Of a stretch of 11,030 nt of DNA, positions 7,641 through 11,030 are shown one piece after another (the first letter of the stretch is position 1; each line of letters opens with the position of its first letter). The DNA is taken from positions 1-11,030 of the forward strand of contig JAKQQL010000382.1 in NCBI GenBank assembly GCA_029564175.1, written 5' to 3'. The position numbers and the translations under genes were made by a program. The stretch is from Candidatus Cloacimonadota bacterium. Its GTDB lineage: Bacteria > Cloacimonadota > Cloacimonadia > Cloacimonadales > WRIO01. The notes beneath the pieces were generated by a model, which saw nothing but the letters and a program-made list of their open reading frames with translations, was not told the DNA's origin and did not search any database.

Positions 7641-10600
7641 ATGAAAAAGATAATTCTAATTCTCCTGATAATTGTCGCAAGCATATCAATGATATATGCT
7701 CAGGATAATGTCACAATCAGCAATGTTTCAATCAACCCTAATCCATTTTCTCCCAATAATGACGGACAAAGAGATAATGCATATATTAATTATTATCTTT
7801 ATTATCCAATGACCTTGGTAAATCCTCAGGTTGAATTAACCATTTATCAAAATAGTGATGTTTTGGATGTAATTAAACAAGAAACAATAACACCAGTAAA
7901 TGGCTTAAACCAATATGTATGGGACGGTAAAGATCAAAGCAATAATGTAGTTTCAGATGGTAATTACGGATTACAAATTAAATTTGTAAATCCTCAGAAA
8001 ATTTACAAGTTGAATAGCGGGATTATTGTTAAAACCACTTATCCCGAAATTGAAATGGTTTCCGCTTCTCCAAACCCCTTCTCTCCTAATGGGGATGGAT
8101 ACCAGGATGTGCAAACTGTTAGAGCAAAGGTAAAAAATGCGGATGTTCATTATTTAGGTACAATCAGAATTAGTTTTGCTGACTCAACTGCAATGTTTGT
8201 TGATTATGATAGTTTAAAGCATTTTGAAACACCTAATCCTATCCCTTATTCAGACGGGGCTTATTTGTTTTTAAGCCGTCCTTCTCAGCTAAATGGTGTG
8301 ATAGATATTCCTGCAAATTTACAGTATAATATAACCGTAAATGGATTTACTACACAGATAACTAGTGGGTTAGGGTTATACAAACTTGGAGAAAATTATC
8401 TTCGATCATATGGCTCAATCGGTACTGGAATTGGTATTGAAATAGATGAGTATTTTGGTAATAGTGTTGATTATTTAGCTGTCTATGCAATGCCAGGTAA
8501 TATGTCTTTTAATGCATATAATGAAGATGGCTCAGATCTGTCATTAAATGATATGTATCATTTTTATTATGGATCCTTCACAGATAATCCATTAGACAGA
8601 ACTACTATTGATACATCTGTAGGTTGTGGCTATGTTGTCAATCTGGGTAAAGATGAAGGTCAGGTACCTGGAACAGATATAGAAGATGGCCGTTATCTAT
8701 ACAGGATTATTGTTTCAAATGAAGTTGAAACCGGTATTTATTCATCAGGAGAATTTATCGTTAATAATAATCCGATTAATTTAGCAGGAGAAGTCAATCC
8801 TGATAGGATTTCACCTCAAATTGTAGATGGCGTATTTGACCAAACAATTATTCAGTATTCTCCAACTGAGGATGCCTATATTACTGTTAAAGTTTGGAAT
8901 GAAGATAACCAACTGGTAAAAACAATCATTGAGAACCAACTGAATTTAAAAGATGTTGGAAACTATGTATTATGGGACGGCAAAAATGATGCTGGAGTCG
9001 TTGTGTCACAAGATGATGAATCTTTATATAGAGTAGAGATTACAGCAGTGGATCGTTATGTAAACGATGATGTTGCCAGTTTAAGTATTGATGTATTAGT
9101 TGATAATAAAGCACCTGATCCTGCTTCATTGTCTCAGACATCTCCAACTTCTTTAAACTCACCAAATATTACGATATCAGGTTTATCCAATGAGATATCT
9201 TGTGATATTATACTTGTCCAGAATGGAGTAGATAAGGGTGTCGTTGGACAAACGCCTCAGTATCCAGGGTATTTTGAATTCAATATGACACTTGAAGAGG
9301 GGAATAATGAGATTACTGTAAAATTGAGAGATTCTGTTTACAATCTAGGTAATGCCTCTAATATTGTAAATTATTATTTGGATTCTCAAGCACCAGTGAT
9401 ATCTTCAATCTTACCAGCAGCAAATTCTGTGTTTACTTCTCTACCTGTTGAGTTTTCTGCTCAGGTTACTGATAATGGCTTGGGTGTAAATCAGGTGCGT
9501 TTTGGATTCTCATTAAATAATAGCAGTAATTTGATTTGGAAAACAGGTGTTAAAGAAGCTGGAACAGATATCTATAAATGTGAGTTAACCAGCAATGAAA
9601 TAGGAACAAATGTTTCTCAAGTGGCATTTACTATGGTTGTTAGCGCAACAGATCTGTTAAATAATTCAATACAAACGTCTAATCCTTCAAGTTACAATTA
9701 TTTTAGACCTTCTGCAACTAATCCGCCTGTATTTGTAAGTAGTTATCCTGAAAACAATGCAAATGTTAGAGTGATAAATAGTAATGTGGTTAATGTGCTT
9801 ATTAATAGTGAAAATCCACTTAATTTATTACCTGCCTTCAGCTATCTTAAAATTATAAATTTAACTTCTAATGAGGAACTCTCTCATGGAAATGGAGCGA
9901 CTCTTTCATACCAAACAGATGGCAATATTTATTCAATAAGCTTGCTTTTATCAAATCCACTTAACTCTAATGGATCAGACGATGCCGTTTATCGAATTGA
10001 ATACAGGGCTGAAAATCAGGTAGGTCAGAGTATCTCAGGAAATGTTATCTTTAATTATGATACATTAGCTCCTCAGATTAGTTCTTTGATCATTGATGGA
10101 AATCCAATACTTTCAACAGGTTCAAGGAATTATTATAATGTTGATATAAATGCGATTCAAATGACTTTGGCAGATAACCTGTCTGACATTGATTATGCAA
10201 TGAATATGACTCAGTTGTTATTGTATGATTCAGAAGGGAATATTGTTGCAGGTCATCGATCTTTTAATGATGTTCAGAAAACAGTCACCTGGACACTGAC
10301 AACTCCAATCCAGATAACAAGCCCAACAGATTATACGATTACTGCACTGGTAACTGACAATGCAGGTAATATCAGAACTCAAAGCACAGTCTTTACCCTT
10401 CTGACTCCACAAGCGCCTGCTATCACTTCTCATACTCCAGCCAATGCAAGTATCATTAAGGCACTGACCAATAACAAAATCAGCAAGACCATCACCGATA
10501 CCAACGGTTTTGGTTTGGATGCAAACAATACCAGTATCACCTTAACAAAAGGTGGAACGACTTACTCTGATGGTAACAATGCGGTTCAGACGCTGACTCA

Positions 10601-11030
10601 GAATACAAATGGTACATATGAACTCAGCCTGACCCTGACCGATCCGCTGGCAACAGATGGCAGTGTGGACGGAGTTTATACAGTTACTACCACCGTTACT
10701 GATCTCTTAAATCAAAGTGTAGCCAACAACCAGACGACCTTTACCTATGATACCAAAGCCCCTGTCTTTGCAGATGCAAAAATCGGTAATGCAACGAACA
10801 GCTGGGAAGATAATCTGACCGATGGCATTACTTTCAACCAGCTGGTTGAATATGTCAGTATTGACGTATCTGATGCAACTGCCGGAGTTAATACCACTTC
10901 CAACAATACCTATATCAAAATGTATAAAGCCAATGGCGATCTCTTAGCCGGTACCTTAGGCTACAATGCAGGCACGCTTACCTGGACACTCAGTACTGAA
11001 GTGCCTCAGAGCTTAAGTGAAAACGGCGCT
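7641..11030 (+). CDS. Large secreted Ig-like repeat surface protein/adhesin with N-terminal FlgD-Ig-like modules (3' partial, at least 1130 aa)
   Basis: Not in the ORF track. Hand translation from ATG 7641 (AGGAG RBS at 7629-7633) shows no stop up to 11030. Signal peptide MKKIILILLIIVASISMIYA-QD; PNPFSPNxDG and WDGK motifs; DxxAP inter-domain linkers at 9102, 9381, 10059 and 10749; TDNAGN and LEEGNNEITV motifs typical of bacterial Ig-like domains. Confidence 0.88.
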   Translation, partial: MKKIILILLIIVASISMIYAQDNVTISNVSINPNPFSPNNDGQRDNAYINYYLYYPMTLVNPQVELTIYQNSDVLDVIKQETITPVNGLNQYVWDGKDQSNNVVSDGNYGLQIKFVNPQKIYKLNSGIIVKTTYPEIEMVSASPNPFSPNGDGYQDVQTVRAKVKNADVHYLGTIRISFADSTAMFVDYDSLKHFETPNPIPYSDGAYLFLSRPSQLNGVIDIPANLQYNITVNGFTTQITSGLGLYKLGENYLRSYGSIGTGIGIEIDEYFGNSVDYLAVYAMPGNMSFNAYNEDGSDLSLNDMYHFYYGSFTDNPLDRTTIDTSVGCGYVVNLGKDEGQVPGTDIEDGRYLYRIIVSNEVETGIYSSGEFIVNNNPINLAGEVNPDRISPQIVDGVFDQTIIQYSPTEDAYITVKVWNEDNQLVKTIIENQLNLKDVGNYVLWDGKNDAGVVVSQDDESLYRVEITAVDRYVNDDVASLSIDVLVDNKAPDPASLSQTSPTSLNSPNITISGLSNEISCDIILVQNGVDKGVVGQTPQYPGYFEFNMTLEEGNNEITVKLRDSVYNLGNASNIVNYYLDSQAPVISSILPAANSVFTSLPVEFSAQVTDNGLGVNQVRFGFSLNNSSNLIWKTGVKEAGTDIYKCELTSNEIGTNVSQVAFTMVVSATDLLNNSIQTSNPSSYNYFRPSATNPPVFVSSYPENNANVRVINSNVVNVLINSENPLNLLPAFSYLKIINLTSNEELSHGNGATLSYQTDGNIYSISLLLSNPLNSNGSDDAVYRIEYRAENQVGQSISGNVIFNYDTLAPQISSLIIDGNPILSTGSRNYYNVDINAIQMTLADNLSDIDYAMNMTQLLLYDSEGNIVAGHRSFNDVQKTVTWTLTTPIQITSPTDYTITALVTDNAGNIRTQSTVFTLLTPQAPAITSHTPANASIIKALTNNKISKTITDTNGFGLDANNTSITLTKGGTTYSDGNNAVQTLTQNTNGTYELSLTLTDPLATDGSVDGVYTVTTTVTDLLNQSVANNQTTFTYDTKAPVFADAKIGNATNSWEDNLTDGITFNQLVEYVSIDVSDATAGVNTTSNNTYIKMYKANGDLLAGTLGYNAGTLTWTLSTEVPQSLSENGA
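9720..11030 (+). repeat. Protein-level tandem repeat of a two-domain unit of about 230 aa (about 690 nt) inside the large ORF
   Basis: YDTLAP (10056) versus YDTKAP (10746), 690 nt apart; TWTL with Trp at 10290 and 10983, 693 nt apart, sharing ACCTGGACACT; SLLLSNPLNSNGSDDAVY versus SLTLTDPLATDGSVDGVY; LYDSEGNIVAG versus MYKANGDLLAG. Confidence 0.8.

Noticed and set aside
7710..9116. Flagellar hook-capping gene flgD
   Set aside because: Only the FlgD-type Ig fold motif is shared. The protein has a Sec signal, is over 1100 aa, and has no flagellar context.
10230..10433. 67-aa Cys-rich minus-strand ORF
   Set aside because: Antisense to the giant Ig ORF. The cysteines arise from reverse-complemented ACA/GCA triplets.
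1..11030. CRISPR array, tRNA/rRNA, IS or integrase, intrinsic terminator, reverse transcriptase/DGR
   Set aside because: The window is almost entirely coding, and I saw no regular DNA repeats, structured RNA genes, mobile-element genes or hairpin-plus-U-tract in the short intergenic gaps.

Overview
AT-rich window holding one tightly packed, all-plus-strand operon behind a sigma70-like promoter at the left edge. Gene order: a divergent PilT/PilU-family ATPase (166-1377); a 773-aa protein that reads as a PilM-PilN fusion with a C-terminal TPR domain (1386-3707); a protein that reads as a PilO-PilP fusion (3697-4572); a short secretin (4575-5753); an FN3 plus LVIVD-like repeat lipoprotein (5783-7630); and a large secreted Ig-repeat protein absent from the supplied ORF track because it has no stop in the window (7641 to beyond 11030, at least 1130 aa, translated by hand). 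The best candidate for a new system is this condensed type IV filament (T4P/T2SS-like) machine, with fused alignment subunits and an ATPase with an altered Asp box, co-transcribed with two probable surface proteins. No pilin, PilB/GspE, PilC/GspF or prepilin peptidase is visible, so completeness and novelty cannot be judged from this window. The protein style suggests an FCB-group diderm, which is inference only. All domain calls come from motif recognition by eye, not from database searches.
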